Below are positions 21,548 through 32,135 of a stretch of DNA of 64,000 nucleotides, one piece after another. The stretch spans positions 288,001 through 352,000 of the forward strand of contig JBFPLN010000001.1 of NCBI GenBank assembly GCA_051971635.1, given 5' to 3'. This DNA comes from Candidatus Atelocyanobacterium thalassae. Its GTDB lineage: Bacteria; Cyanobacteriota; Cyanobacteriia; Cyanobacteriales; Microcystaceae. The notes below the pieces were generated by a model, which did not search any database, was not told the DNA's origin, and worked only from the letters and a program-made list of their open reading frames with translations. How positions within the stretch are numbered: position 1 is the first letter of the stretch; every line of letters starts with the position of its first letter. Position numbers and translations under genes: made by a program.

Positions 21548-22534
21548 TTAATAGTTTTTAAAATATTGGTAAATGGCCTTGGAAAATTTTTGAATTAATT
21601 CTCTACCAGCAGGGTCGTCATAATTTCTTTCTGCAAAAATTGCTCCAATATAACGTTTTCCAGTTGGCATATCAATAATACCTGCATCCGCAATAATAGT
21701 GCCAATATCCCCAGTCTTATGAGCAATGCTTGCACTTTTTTCTAATCCCTTTGGTAGTAAAGTTTTTGTCCTTGTTTCCCTCATAATATTTAAGAAGCGA
21801 TCACGCGATCTTAAACTAATTAAATCTCCTCTTTCTATTCTTAATAAAAGTTTAGTTAAATCTTCAGGACTTGTTTTATTAGTACCATTTAAATCTGGTA
21901 AGGAATTATTAATAATTGTTTGTTTCATTCCCCACTTTTTAAAGCGTTCATTTAAAAAAAATTTTCCACCAATCTGTCTTACTAATAGTTCAGTAGCTGT
22001 ATTATCACTAATAATAATCATTTTTCTAGCGATTTCTAGAGCAGTAAATTGTTTACCTGCTTGCATATATTGCATATTTCCTGAGCCACCAACGATCATA
22101 TCTTTATCCATAGTTATCATTTCATTAAGAGATATATCTCCAGCATCAACCTTTTCAAAAAAAGCTATTAAGATAGGAATCTTAATAGTACTAGCTGCAG
22201 ATATAGATTTAGTACCGTCAAAATTAACATAAGTATTACTATCTAAGTCAAAAAACCATGCCTTAGGTTCAACCTTTGGATATTTTTTATTAATATTTTC
22301 TAATTGTTTTTTAAGGGTAGTTAATTCTTTTCCTGTAAACTCATTATTATTACTAAGATATGTCGTTGAATAAGAAGAAGTCTTGTATTTAGAATTCAAC
22401 ACTGGAAGTATTGTACCTATAATTATTCCAATACCAGCCCCAATTACGCTAAGACGTATTATGTATATAAAAATCTTACTTAATATGTTAGAAGAAAGTA
22501 TCGTAATTAATTTACGGTATTTTACATGATTCAT
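21548..22534 (-). CDS. Class A beta-lactamase-like serine hydrolase (cyanobacterial PBP-A type)
   Basis: SxxK (ASTIK), SDN, HKTG motifs; N-terminal TM anchor. Confidence 0.85.
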   Translation of the reverse strand: MNHVKYRKLITILSSNILSKIFIYIIRLSVIGAGIGIIIGTILPVLNSKYKTSSYSTTYLSNNNEFTGKELTTLKKQLENINKKYPKVEPKAWFFDLDSNTYVNFDGTKSISAASTIKIPILIAFFEKVDAGDISLNEMITMDKDMIVGGSGNMQYMQAGKQFTALEIARKMIIISDNTATELLVRQIGGKFFLNERFKKWGMKQTIINNSLPDLNGTNKTSPEDLTKLLLRIERGDLISLRSRDRFLNIMRETRTKTLLPKGLEKSASIAHKTGDIGTIIADAGIIDMPTGKRYIGAIFAERNYDDPAGRELIQKFSKAIYQYFKNY

Positions 22535-22988
22535 AAATTTTTTTTTAATCTGTAACTTTATAACATAATTATATTCTTATTCAGATAAGTCACTAAATTA
22601 AAATCTATGAGGCTCTTAATTAATAGTAAAAAGTCTAAAATAAATTTCATGTACTTAAAAAATTAAGGCTATATGGTTCTTAGCTTTACAAAGAATTATA
22701 TAGCCTTAATAATCAGTTTAAAAGAATACTTTTTTAATTTATTTTACTTATACTAAAATAATTTTAAATGGTTGAAGCTTATTGTCTGTATATCTTATAT
22801 ACGTATATGTGGCATTGATAATATATAAATTTTCGATATAATTCTAGAATCTATTAAAAACATAGTTGAGTCTTAGTTATACCCTACTAAAAATAGATAA
22901 ATAATAAAAGTTACCTAAGTCAAAAAAATCAAGAACTGTTGAATCTCTATATTAGAGTAAGAATATTAATTACCTAGATTAAAGTAAA

Positions 22989-23007
22989 GCCCATATTTAC
23001 AATGGGC
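22989..23007 (-). terminator. Probable ndk intrinsic terminator
   Basis: GCCCAT/ATGGGC stem followed by TTTACTTT on the minus strand, about 50 bp after the ndk stop. Confidence 0.5.
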
Positions 23008-23057
23008 CCAATTATTAACTGGTTAATTTTAAATTAAAAACTAAACAAAAAGAATTT

Positions 23058-23507
23058 TTACTCACATAACCAACTTTTTAATGTAGGTTCCCAACTAATT
23101 AACTCTTTTTCATTAAACCAGAGATCTATTTCTCTTTCGGCAGTTGTAATAGCGTCAGAGCCGTGAACTAAATTTCGACCTACATTTATACCAAGATCTC
23201 CACGAATACTTCCCGAATCAGCTTCTAAAGGATTTGTTGCTCCAATTATTTTTCTAGAAGATGCTACAACTCCTTCACCTTCCCATACCATTGCTATGAC
23301 AGGAGAAGAACATATAAATTCAACTAAATCTCTAAAAAAGGGGCGTTCTTTGTGAATATCATAATGTTCTTCTGCTAGCTCTTTGCTAACCGATACTAGT
23401 TTAAGTCCTAATAAAGTAAATCCTTTAAGTTCAAAACGACTGATAATTTCACTAATCAATTTTCGTTGTACACCATCAGGTTTAATCATAATAAATGTAC
23501 GTTCCAT
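23058..23507 (-). CDS. ndk: Nucleoside diphosphate kinase
   Basis: [24 protein letters not shown]. Confidence 0.97.
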   Translation of the reverse strand: MERTFIMIKPDGVQRKLISEIISRFELKGFTLLGLKLVSVSKELAEEHYDIHKERPFFRDLVEFICSSPVIAMVWEGEGVVASSRKIIGATNPLEADSGSIRGDLGINVGRNLVHGSDAITTAEREIDLWFNEKELISWEPTLKSWLCE

Positions 23508-24036
23508 TTACTTGCTCCTTTAAATTAAATAAACATAATAATTGTTCTTTAAAATTTTATAGTAATATCTTAATATTTAGGTAGTTTTTTATATAAATAG
23601 TAACTTTTTTAAAGTTTCATGATTAATGAAATATATCAACTTTATTCAAACAATAATTATATTAAAATATATGCTGTGAAGATATTATTAGATAAGTTTT
23701 ACATCAGCCAACTAACATATATATTATAAGTTTAACTTGATCATTATCTTAACTTTATCAGTATTTTATTTTCTATCTTTATCAAAAAATAATCTTATAA
23801 GCTATTATGTTTAATAAGTTATCGTAATATCTTAAAATGTTTTATAACTATTTGAGAAGTGTTGTACTGGTAATTGTAAAGATAAGTCTTTAGCCTTTGA
23901 TTTTTATGGAAAAGGTATGCATATTTTTATATTTGTCTAACTAAATAAATATTTTTTCAAGTAAAACTATAAAAATTAAATATCTATTTCTTCGCATATA
24001 TGGTAATAATATTGATAGCTCTATTGATTATTAATA

Positions 24037-25326
24037 ATGCGTAAGTTTTTTAGTTTAAATATAGTTATATTTTGGGGATTACTTGGACTAATTATAAGCT
24101 TGGTGACTAATTGTAGCTATCAAAATGCTCCTGTAGCTAACGAAGAATTAGAATTTTGGACAATGCAACTACAACCAAAATTTACTTCATATATTACTAA
24201 ACTAATTGAAGAATTTGAGAAAGATAATGAAAATATAACAATTCGTTGGACTGATATTCCTTGGGAAGCAATGGAAAATAAAATTTTAACAGCAGTTTTA
24301 TCAAACACTACCCCAGATATCGTTAACCTTAACTCTAACTTTGCCGCCAAATTGGCTAACCGTAACGTTTGGTTAGATTTTAATCAATATATTTCTCATA
24401 AAATTAAAAAAAATTATCTATCAAATATTCAAAACTCAAGTAACATAGGTGGTTCTATTTTTGGATTACCATGGTATCTAACTACTCAAATTACTTTATA
24501 TAATAAAAATCTATTTGAACAAGCTAATATAACTAGTCCACCAAAAACTTTTAATGAATTAGCAGATGTTGCAACTGAAATAAAAAAGAAAACCGGGAAA
24601 TATGCTACGTTTTTTACTTTTGTTCCTGGAGACTCTGGAGAAATTTTAGAGTCTTTAGTTAAAATGGGGGTTACATTGATTAATGATGAAGGGAAAGCAG
24701 GATTTAATACACCTGAAGGGATAAAGGCTTTCCAATACTGGGTTTCTCTATATAAACAAGGATTATTACCTCCAGAGGTTCTAACTCAAGGACATAGGCA
24801 TGGTCTTGAACTATATCAGTCTGGAGAAATTGCACTATTATCAACGGGCGTTGAATCATTTTCAATGATCAAAAAAAATGCTCCTACTATCGCACAAGTA
24901 TCTATTGCTGCTTCGCAGATTACTGGTAACACAGGGAAAAAGAACGTTGCAGTTATGAATTTATTTATTCCTCATAGTACTGAAAAAGTAGAAGAAGCAA
25001 TAAAATTTGCAGAGTTTGTAACTAGTACTGATAATCAATTAGCCTTTGCAAAGCAAGCTAATGTTTTACCTTCAACTGTGGATGGTATAAAAGCTTATAT
25101 ATATGAACAAAAACAGTTAAAGCATTCAACTCCTTTATCGAATGCAATTATTGTAAGTGCAACGCAATTAAAAAATACAGAGACTTTAATACCTATACAG
25201 GCAAAAATGAATCAATTGCAAAAAATTATCTATGAGAATTTACAATATGCCATGTTAGAGAAGAAGTCTGTTAAGGAAGCAGTATCTGATGCTGCTGAAG
25301 CTTGGAATAATTTTATTATTGAATAG
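24037..25326 (+). CDS. Sugar ABC transporter substrate-binding lipoprotein (family 1)
   Basis: Signal peptide ending LVTNC, EFWTMQL, LPWY, YNKNLFEQA, PPKTFNEL. Confidence 0.82.
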   Translation: MRKFFSLNIVIFWGLLGLIISLVTNCSYQNAPVANEELEFWTMQLQPKFTSYITKLIEEFEKDNENITIRWTDIPWEAMENKILTAVLSNTTPDIVNLNSNFAAKLANRNVWLDFNQYISHKIKKNYLSNIQNSSNIGGSIFGLPWYLTTQITLYNKNLFEQANITSPPKTFNELADVATEIKKKTGKYATFFTFVPGDSGEILESLVKMGVTLINDEGKAGFNTPEGIKAFQYWVSLYKQGLLPPEVLTQGHRHGLELYQSGEIALLSTGVESFSMIKKNAPTIAQVSIAASQITGNTGKKNVAVMNLFIPHSTEKVEEAIKFAEFVTSTDNQLAFAKQANVLPSTVDGIKAYIYEQKQLKHSTPLSNAIIVSATQLKNTETLIPIQAKMNQLQKIIYENLQYAMLEKKSVKEAVSDAAEAWNNFIIE

Positions 25327-25452
25327 TAAGGCGTTATAGTAGAATTTGATTAGTTAAAAATTAATCTAACTATCATTATGTTTTATATTATGTATATATA
25401 TTTTTAAATATGGATAATTATCATTTATGATATGATGTTAGGTGTTAAATAT

Positions 25453-25782
25453 GGGACTATAGCTCAGACGGATAGAGCGAGCGCCTCCTGAAATTCGGGC
25501 ATTCTGAGTGGAAACATCAGATATGAATGTGGTCAAATTCAAGGAAACCTAAGTCCTTATCAGGATAAGGCAATCTTGAGCCAAGCTCTACAACCCTATT
25601 TAGAGAAGGTGCAGAGACTGGTTATCAGTATTTAGGGAAATTTTTTAATTAGATAGGCTGATAACATTACGGCCACCACCTAAGGATAAGATAATATCTA
25701 GGGTGAAGGAATAGTCCAGAGAGTGGGGAAACTTACACAAATCTGAAGCGCTAGGTCGCTGGTTCGAATCCAGCTAGTCCCG
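25453..25782 (+). tRNA. trnR-CCU: tRNA-Arg(CCU), split by an intron (exon 1 25453-25489, exon 2 25746-25782)
   Basis: Spliced 74-nt cloverleaf: acceptor GGGACTA/TAGTCCC, D arm GCTC/GAGC, anticodon stem AGCGC/GCGCT with loop CT-CCT-AA, T arm GCTGG-TTCGAAT-CCAGC; CCA not encoded. Confidence 0.93.
25490..25745 (+). ncRNA. Group I intron (256 nt, no ORF) inserted after anticodon position 36
   Basis: U.G pair in P1 at the 5' splice site, terminal omega G, P3 GTGGTC/GGCCAC, P4 TCAAGG/TCTTGA, R element GCAGAGACT, S element AAGGAATAGTCC, P9 with GAAA tetraloop. Confidence 0.92.
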
Positions 25783-25900
25783 TTAACGTATTATAAATTT
25801 TATGGTCTTATATGACTTAGTACATAAATTATGATTCTATTTTTATTTATCCCATAAAAATTAAGAAATAAACCAATTTATTTTAGGATCTGCTGATAGC

Positions 25901-26359
25901 ATGACTTGTTTATATAATAGGCCTCGTTTTTGTTTATTAGAAATTAGTTTGGTTTTATTTTTATGCTTAACAACTACTGTTCGTGCTCAAGGGAAACAGC
26001 GCATTTATAATCCTATCCCATTAGAATATCAATCGGAAATGTATGATCGTCTATCCGATCAAGATATTCCGACAGGAGAAGGAGGTTTTGCTAAAGATTA
26101 TTGGGTCAAGCTTGAGAAAGGAGATCAAGTAGCAGTTGACTTAATGTCTGATGAATTTGATAGTGTTGTATTATTACTTGGAGCAGATGGGACAACGATA
26201 GCGGAAAATGATGATGGTCCTGATGGTAGTACAAATTCCCTTTTATTTTCTCGTATTACAGAAAGCGGTCGATACATTATTCGTGTTCATGCTTTCGGGG
26301 AGACAGGTGGAGGAAATTTTAGATTAAAAGTTACTAGATTACGTCCTATTAATTATTAA
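25901..26359 (+). CDS. Secreted PPC (pre-peptidase C-terminal) domain protein
   Basis: Signal peptide; GDQVAVDLMSDEFD, AENDDG, ESGRYIIRV. Confidence 0.8.
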   Translation: MTCLYNRPRFCLLEISLVLFLCLTTTVRAQGKQRIYNPIPLEYQSEMYDRLSDQDIPTGEGGFAKDYWVKLEKGDQVAVDLMSDEFDSVVLLLGADGTTIAENDDGPDGSTNSLLFSRITESGRYIIRVHAFGETGGGNFRLKVTRLRPINY

Positions 26360-27101
26360 AATTCAAAACCAATACGCATAATATTAACGATTCTGTCCAT
26401 TCTACTACCGCACCGTAGGTATCTCCTGTATGACCTCCAAACTGTTTGTTAAACCAAGAACTTACTCCAATAGAAATAATAAGACTAGTCGTAACAATAA
26501 TCATTCCTAGTATCTCTTTATGTGAAATGAATACTATCCAAATTATATTTATAACTAATAAACTTAATATTCCAAACAATAAATCTTGAGGATAGTTAAT
26601 ATATTGTTTATGGAGAAGACCTTTTCCTACCTTTTTTAGATAGGGGTAAAAACTTATTGAAAAAACCTGTGCCCACCTGCCCCATCCATAGGTAAGGATT
26701 AAAATCCATAAGCGATTATTACTAATAGCACTTAAAGCAACAATTTTTAAAATAATTACCATTATTCCAGCAATTACACCAAAAGCTCCAGTTGAGCTAT
26801 CCTGCATTGCCATTAATCTCTTTTGAGGATCATTTAATGTTATTCCATCAGCACTATCAATAACCCCGTCTAAATGTAATCCCCCAGTTATAAAAATACC
26901 TAAAAAGATTGTTAAAGTACTTCTAACTATAATAGGAAATCCAATAAATGTTAATATGTGGTCTACTATTCCCAATAATGTTCCAATTAAAAGGCCTACG
27001 ATAGGAGACCAAGCCGCAATAGATTGAAAGCTTCTTGTCCAATTTTTTGGTAGTGGAATAATTGTATAAAAAGTAATTGACCCTAGTAAAGATTTTAACA
27101 A
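26349..27101 (-). CDS. cobS: Adenosylcobinamide-GDP ribazoletransferase (cobalamin synthase)
   Basis: TGGLHLDGVIDSADG, MQDSSTGAFG, FGGHTGDTYGA. Confidence 0.93.
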   Translation of the reverse strand: MLKSLLGSITFYTIIPLPKNWTRSFQSIAAWSPIVGLLIGTLLGIVDHILTFIGFPIIVRSTLTIFLGIFITGGLHLDGVIDSADGITLNDPQKRLMAMQDSSTGAFGVIAGIMVIILKIVALSAISNNRLWILILTYGWGRWAQVFSISFYPYLKKVGKGLLHKQYINYPQDLLFGILSLLVINIIWIVFISHKEILGMIIVTTSLIISIGVSSWFNKQFGGHTGDTYGAVVEWTESLILCVLVLNFNN

Positions 27102-27254
27102 AATTTTAAATAATTAATAAATAACAATACTTAATGTATTTTAAGTATAATATTTTGGAATATTAAAATTATGCTCAATATTTTTTTATATAAAAAGCCT
27201 AATCTATAAATAATATCTATACCTAGTCTAAAAAGCTAAAAAATATTTTAAAAA

Positions 27255-28142
27255 TCAAGTTATTAACCATAATATTATAGGTAAAGTCAAAAAGCTAAAG
27301 ATAGTAGTTAAAATAACTGTACGTACAACTTGATTTACTTCTCCTCCAAATTCTGTACTTAGAACAACTGTATTTATTGCTGTTGGCATTGCACTTTGTA
27401 GAATTAAAACCTGTAAATCTAGATTCTTTAAGCCTATGATTTCTCCTACGCATAAAGCTATAAAGGGAGCTAGAATTAATCGAAAACTTAGTGAAGTTAG
27501 CTCTAAACTAGTTATTTTCAACTTTGTATTTCTCAACTCCATTCCTAATACAATAAGGGCAATAGGAATAGAAGATCTACCCAAAATATTTAATACTTCA
27601 TGTAAATTAAAAGGAATTTTTATATGTAATACTCTTAGTATTATCCCCAGCAACATTGCCCATATCAATGGCAGCTTAAAAATTACTTGTATACTATTTT
27701 TTAAACTAGTTCCAGCCAAAAAAGCTGGCATGATAACAAAAAGTAATATACTTGACCCTATCATATAAATAACAGCTCTTTCTAATCCAGAAGGACCTAA
27801 TGCAAATTCTATTAATGGTAAACCCATATTTCCATTATTTGGATGCAAAGTAGAAGCTATTAAGCTTTTATAAATTGTTGGTGAAATTCTAAAATAGTAG
27901 CTAAACCAGCTGACTAGAATATACAGTACTAAGGCAATTATAAAAACACCTAATAATAGCTGTAACATACTATTACTAGACATGTTGGTAGTGTATAAAC
28001 TGTCAGTGACTAATGCTGGAAATAATATATAAACAATTAATTTTGATAATGTTGTCTTATGAAGATCTAATTTTTTTCCTACAGTAGCACCAATAACAAT
28101 AATGGAAATAATAGGAAAAATAACGGATAAAAGAGCAGTCAT
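27255..28142 (-). CDS. AEC (auxin efflux carrier) family permease
   Basis: About 10 TM; PNNGNMGLP, QSAMPTA. Confidence 0.85.
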   Translation of the reverse strand: MTALLSVIFPIISIIVIGATVGKKLDLHKTTLSKLIVYILFPALVTDSLYTTNMSSNSMLQLLLGVFIIALVLYILVSWFSYYFRISPTIYKSLIASTLHPNNGNMGLPLIEFALGPSGLERAVIYMIGSSILLFVIMPAFLAGTSLKNSIQVIFKLPLIWAMLLGIILRVLHIKIPFNLHEVLNILGRSSIPIALIVLGMELRNTKLKITSLELTSLSFRLILAPFIALCVGEIIGLKNLDLQVLILQSAMPTAINTVVLSTEFGGEVNQVVRTVILTTIFSFLTLPIILWLIT

Positions 28143-28383
28143 TGATAAGATATGGTTTACATAATATTAACTGTACTAAAAAATAAATAGTTTCGCTCAA
28201 AAAGTACTGTAAGTTAGATAATACTACTTAAGCTTTTTCATATATAAGAACTCAGTTACTGTTAAGCGAAAATTATACTAATTAAGACTTATAGATATAG
28301 ATTTATGAATCTTATTATAAAAATCAAAAAGTATACCTAAGAATTGTTTCAATTCTAAAAATCACTAAAAAACAGGTAATATT

Positions 28384-29442
28384 TTAAAGTTCATCCCATC
28401 CACTGACTCCAGAAGACATAACATAACTAGTTACTGTAGCTTCGAAAAAGTTTGCTTTAGTATGTCCATCTTTTTTAGTATCAGAAAACCTTTCTAGATG
28501 ACTATAGGGACTCTTAGTATATTGTTCCCCAGTATAAAGTGGTTCTAAACCTATAGAGCGCAATCTAATATTAGCTAAATATTTTGTATATTGTTCTGTA
28601 CTAGATTCGGTAATACCTAGTATGTTGTTACCAACAATATGATTAGTCCATCGACATTCATGATTAACAGCTGTATCAAACATTTCATAAATTTGCTCAG
28701 TAGAATGAGGAAAAACTTTTCTCGCTTCAGGAATAAGCTTTTGATATAGTCTTACATGACTTAACTCATCTCTGTTTATCATTTTGAAGATATCTGCAGA
28801 TCCTGGCATTAACATTCTAGATGCTAGATTATAAAAAAAAATAAATCCGTTATAGAAATATAACCCCTCCAGTAAAAAATCTGCCAGTAGCGCTATAAAG
28901 TAGTTTTCCGCTGTAGGATTGTCAATGTATTTTTGATATATTTTTGCAATAAATTCACATCGACTCTTTAAAACTTTATCAACACGCCAAAATTCATACA
29001 CTTGATTTCTCCTGTCTGGAGGAACAATTGTTTCTATTATGTATTGATAGCTTTGATTATGCATACCTTCTTGAGATATTTGTTCAGCCATGCATAAACT
29101 AACTTCTGGAGCTGTTATACTACTTTTAAGATGAGGAATATTACAAGTTTGAATAGAGTCTAAAAAAGTAAGGTATGATAGTATCCCGTCATAAGCATAA
29201 CGCTCATCTTCTGTTAGATTCGAATAATCTGTTACATCTTGAGTTATATCCAATCGTTGAGGAATCCAGAAATTTTCCCTCATTTGCTGATACAAACCAA
29301 CTGCCCAAGAATATCGCACATCATTCAGCTGCATTAAATTAGTTGTATTTCCAAACCAGATAGCTCTATTTTCAATAGCATCATCTCCTTCCGGATTGAA
29401 AATAGGATTAATTGACATTGCTGTTTGTTTATCTATAATCAT
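28384..29442 (-). CDS. nrdB: Class I ribonucleotide reductase beta subunit
   Basis: ENFWIP, LTFLD, QEGMHNQSY (radical Tyr), LLEGLYFYNGF, RDELSH metal ligands. Confidence 0.93.
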   Translation of the reverse strand: MIIDKQTAMSINPIFNPEGDDAIENRAIWFGNTTNLMQLNDVRYSWAVGLYQQMRENFWIPQRLDITQDVTDYSNLTEDERYAYDGILSYLTFLDSIQTCNIPHLKSSITAPEVSLCMAEQISQEGMHNQSYQYIIETIVPPDRRNQVYEFWRVDKVLKSRCEFIAKIYQKYIDNPTAENYFIALLADFLLEGLYFYNGFIFFYNLASRMLMPGSADIFKMINRDELSHVRLYQKLIPEARKVFPHSTEQIYEMFDTAVNHECRWTNHIVGNNILGITESSTEQYTKYLANIRLRSIGLEPLYTGEQYTKSPYSHLERFSDTKKDGHTKANFFEATVTSYVMSSGVSGWDEL

Positions 29443-30116
29443 TTCAATTACATAGTAAATTCTTATAAAATAATTATATATGATTTAAATATATACTATC
29501 CAAGTTCTGGCACTTACTTTTTAAATATTGAGTCATACTCACTTTAAATTAATTTCTACCTGGTTATAACTAGATAGAAATGCATTAACTGACGCGTAAA
29601 ACATATTTTTCATAACATTTCTTTTTAATACAAAAAATATTATTTTATTTAAACATGATATATCAATAAAATTATTAAATAAAAAAACTCTCTAAACTAT
29701 ATAGTTAATATTAATTCCTCTACTAAAAGCTATAGTTATAGTATTAGATGACAGTTTTATAATAATGGATAACTTTCTTCACTATAAGTTAAGAATACTT
29801 AGTGAATCTATCCATACTGCTCTAAGAAATTGTAATAGTTCTCATGCCAAGTAGGACATATTAAAGTATCATCAGATCTCTCTAAGGTAGAATGTAGTAT
29901 TTTATCTAGGGTCTTTCGATTAAACAGAAAAATAAAAAAATTTTAGTAAAAAAAGAGGTGATTTAGAATTTTTAATCTTTGTAAGGCTCATCTATTCTGA
30001 AATTTTATTTACAATAAAGATAGAACATTATTATTTTATTACTTTTTAAATTAGTGAAACTTATTTTCAAAAGAGTATTTGTTTAAAAATCCTTCAATAC
30101 AATCTATTTTCTTAAT

Positions 30117-31589
30117 ATGTGGTTATTAGTACTTATTTTAGGCACAATTACATACTATCTAATAAAACGAACAATTGCTCCTATTACCAATACTCCTATC
30201 TGGGCCATTTGGTTGATAATGATGACGCCAGCTTTAACATGGACAATTTGGTACGAAGTAGCAGAAAAAGATAAACCTATACCTACTCTACTTATTATTA
30301 TCCCTTTAGTAGTATGTTTAATTTTATATTTATGGATCATTGGAGTAGGTAAAACCAAATTGTTACCTAAGCAAAGAACCAAATATCAAGTTTCACTTCA
30401 TGAAACTGAAAAAAATAAAAATGGTATTGAAGTAATACGTCCTATTACTGCTACCGAGGAAAAATCTCTAAGAGAGTGTTTTTCTTGGAGAATTTATCAT
30501 CTACAGGATATAAACTATCATCCTCAAACCATTTTATGTCATGGAAAATTAAAAACTCTTCCAGAAGAAGCTTATAATTCTATCAAAGATAATATTGAAA
30601 AAGTATTTGGCGATCGCTTTTTAATATTATTTCAGGAAGGTTTAAAAGGAAATCACTTTTTTGCTTTAGTTCCCAACCCTCATTCTAGAAAAGAAATAGA
30701 AAAACCCTTAAAAAAGCCATTATTAGCTTTTAGCCTGTTATTACTTACCTTATTAACAACTACGATGGTTGGAACGTTTCAAATAGTAAGTACTGAACAA
30801 GAATTTATAGGAAACAATCTTATGATATTTCTTGAAGGACTACCTTATAGTTTAGGCTTAATATCTATTTTAGGAATCCATGAATTTAGCCATTATTTAA
30901 CGACTGTTCGTTATAAAGTTGCTGCAACTTTCCCTTATTTTATTCCTATTCCCTTTTTCCTTGGAACTTTTGGAGCATTTATTCAGATAAAGTCTCCAAT
31001 ACCACACCGTAAAGCTTTGTTTGACATAGCTATTGCTGGTCCTTTAGGAGGATTTCTAGTTACCTTACCGTTATTAATATGGGGGATATCATTGTCAGAC
31101 GTTGTTCCATTACCAATAGAAGAGAATATTTCTCTCCTAAATACAAAAGCGCTAGATCCAAGATTTTCTATACTATTTACTGTATTAGTTAAATTAGTTT
31201 TAGGCAGTAACTTCATAGCAGGAAATGTCATTTCTCTTCATCCTTTGGCTGTAGCAGGATATGTCGGACTAATCGTAACAGCGTTAAATTTAATTCCCGT
31301 AGGGCAATTAGATGGTGGTCATATTGTTCATGCTATGTTTGGGCAAAGAATTGCTATCATGATTGGTCAGTTAACTAGAATTTTAATGTTAATTTTAGCT
31401 ATGAATAGACCAGAGTTCTTAATTTGGGCAATATTATTATTTTTAATGCCTATTTTTGATCAGCCTGCTTTAAATGATGTGACTGAATTAGACAACAAAA
31501 GAGATTTTCTTGGCTTGTGTACTTTGACATTATTACTATTAATTTTATTGCCAATTCCCACTTTCTTAACTAACTGGTTACAAGTTTAA
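30117..31589 (+). CDS. Site-2 protease, peptidase M50 (EGY-like)
   Basis: HEFSH, AGP, NLIPVGQLDGG. Confidence 0.9.
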   Translation: MWLLVLILGTITYYLIKRTIAPITNTPIWAIWLIMMTPALTWTIWYEVAEKDKPIPTLLIIIPLVVCLILYLWIIGVGKTKLLPKQRTKYQVSLHETEKNKNGIEVIRPITATEEKSLRECFSWRIYHLQDINYHPQTILCHGKLKTLPEEAYNSIKDNIEKVFGDRFLILFQEGLKGNHFFALVPNPHSRKEIEKPLKKPLLAFSLLLLTLLTTTMVGTFQIVSTEQEFIGNNLMIFLEGLPYSLGLISILGIHEFSHYLTTVRYKVAATFPYFIPIPFFLGTFGAFIQIKSPIPHRKALFDIAIAGPLGGFLVTLPLLIWGISLSDVVPLPIEENISLLNTKALDPRFSILFTVLVKLVLGSNFIAGNVISLHPLAVAGYVGLIVTALNLIPVGQLDGGHIVHAMFGQRIAIMIGQLTRILMLILAMNRPEFLIWAILLFLMPIFDQPALNDVTELDNKRDFLGLCTLTLLLLILLPIPTFLTNWLQV

Positions 31590-32135
31590 TTTCAGTAGTA
31601 TGAAAAACTATTCAATAATTTTATTAAGAGTATTAGATATAGATACAGTACTATTTAATTTTTTTTTGTAATTTAATTCTAGAAAAAACTTACAATAGTA
31701 TAAGACAAAGAAATAAAACTTTATGTGTATAAATGTTATTCTTTTGAACATTAAGATTGACAATGATTTTTCATGAATAATTATAGAATATTTACACTAA
31801 TCTAGGTCAAAAAAATATACAGTACAGCTATGGTACATAAACTAAGAATAGTGAAAAGATAGTATGAGTACTTATATCTCACTATCTCTTTAATAATATT
31901 AAAAGTATCTATTAGTCATATTAATAATGTAAACTATTTAACCATAATAAAGTAGTTTTATATCTACAACTACTTTGTTTCAAATTTTTTAATAAGTAAA
32001 AATATTACAAATTTTAGTTAGATAAAATTTTATTTTTAGAACCAGTGAATAGAAAATATCTTCAGTTTCTAGTCAGAGCAATAGTTTTAATTAATTGTTG
32101 TAAACTATCTTTTCAGAGGTTCATAAGAAAATTAG

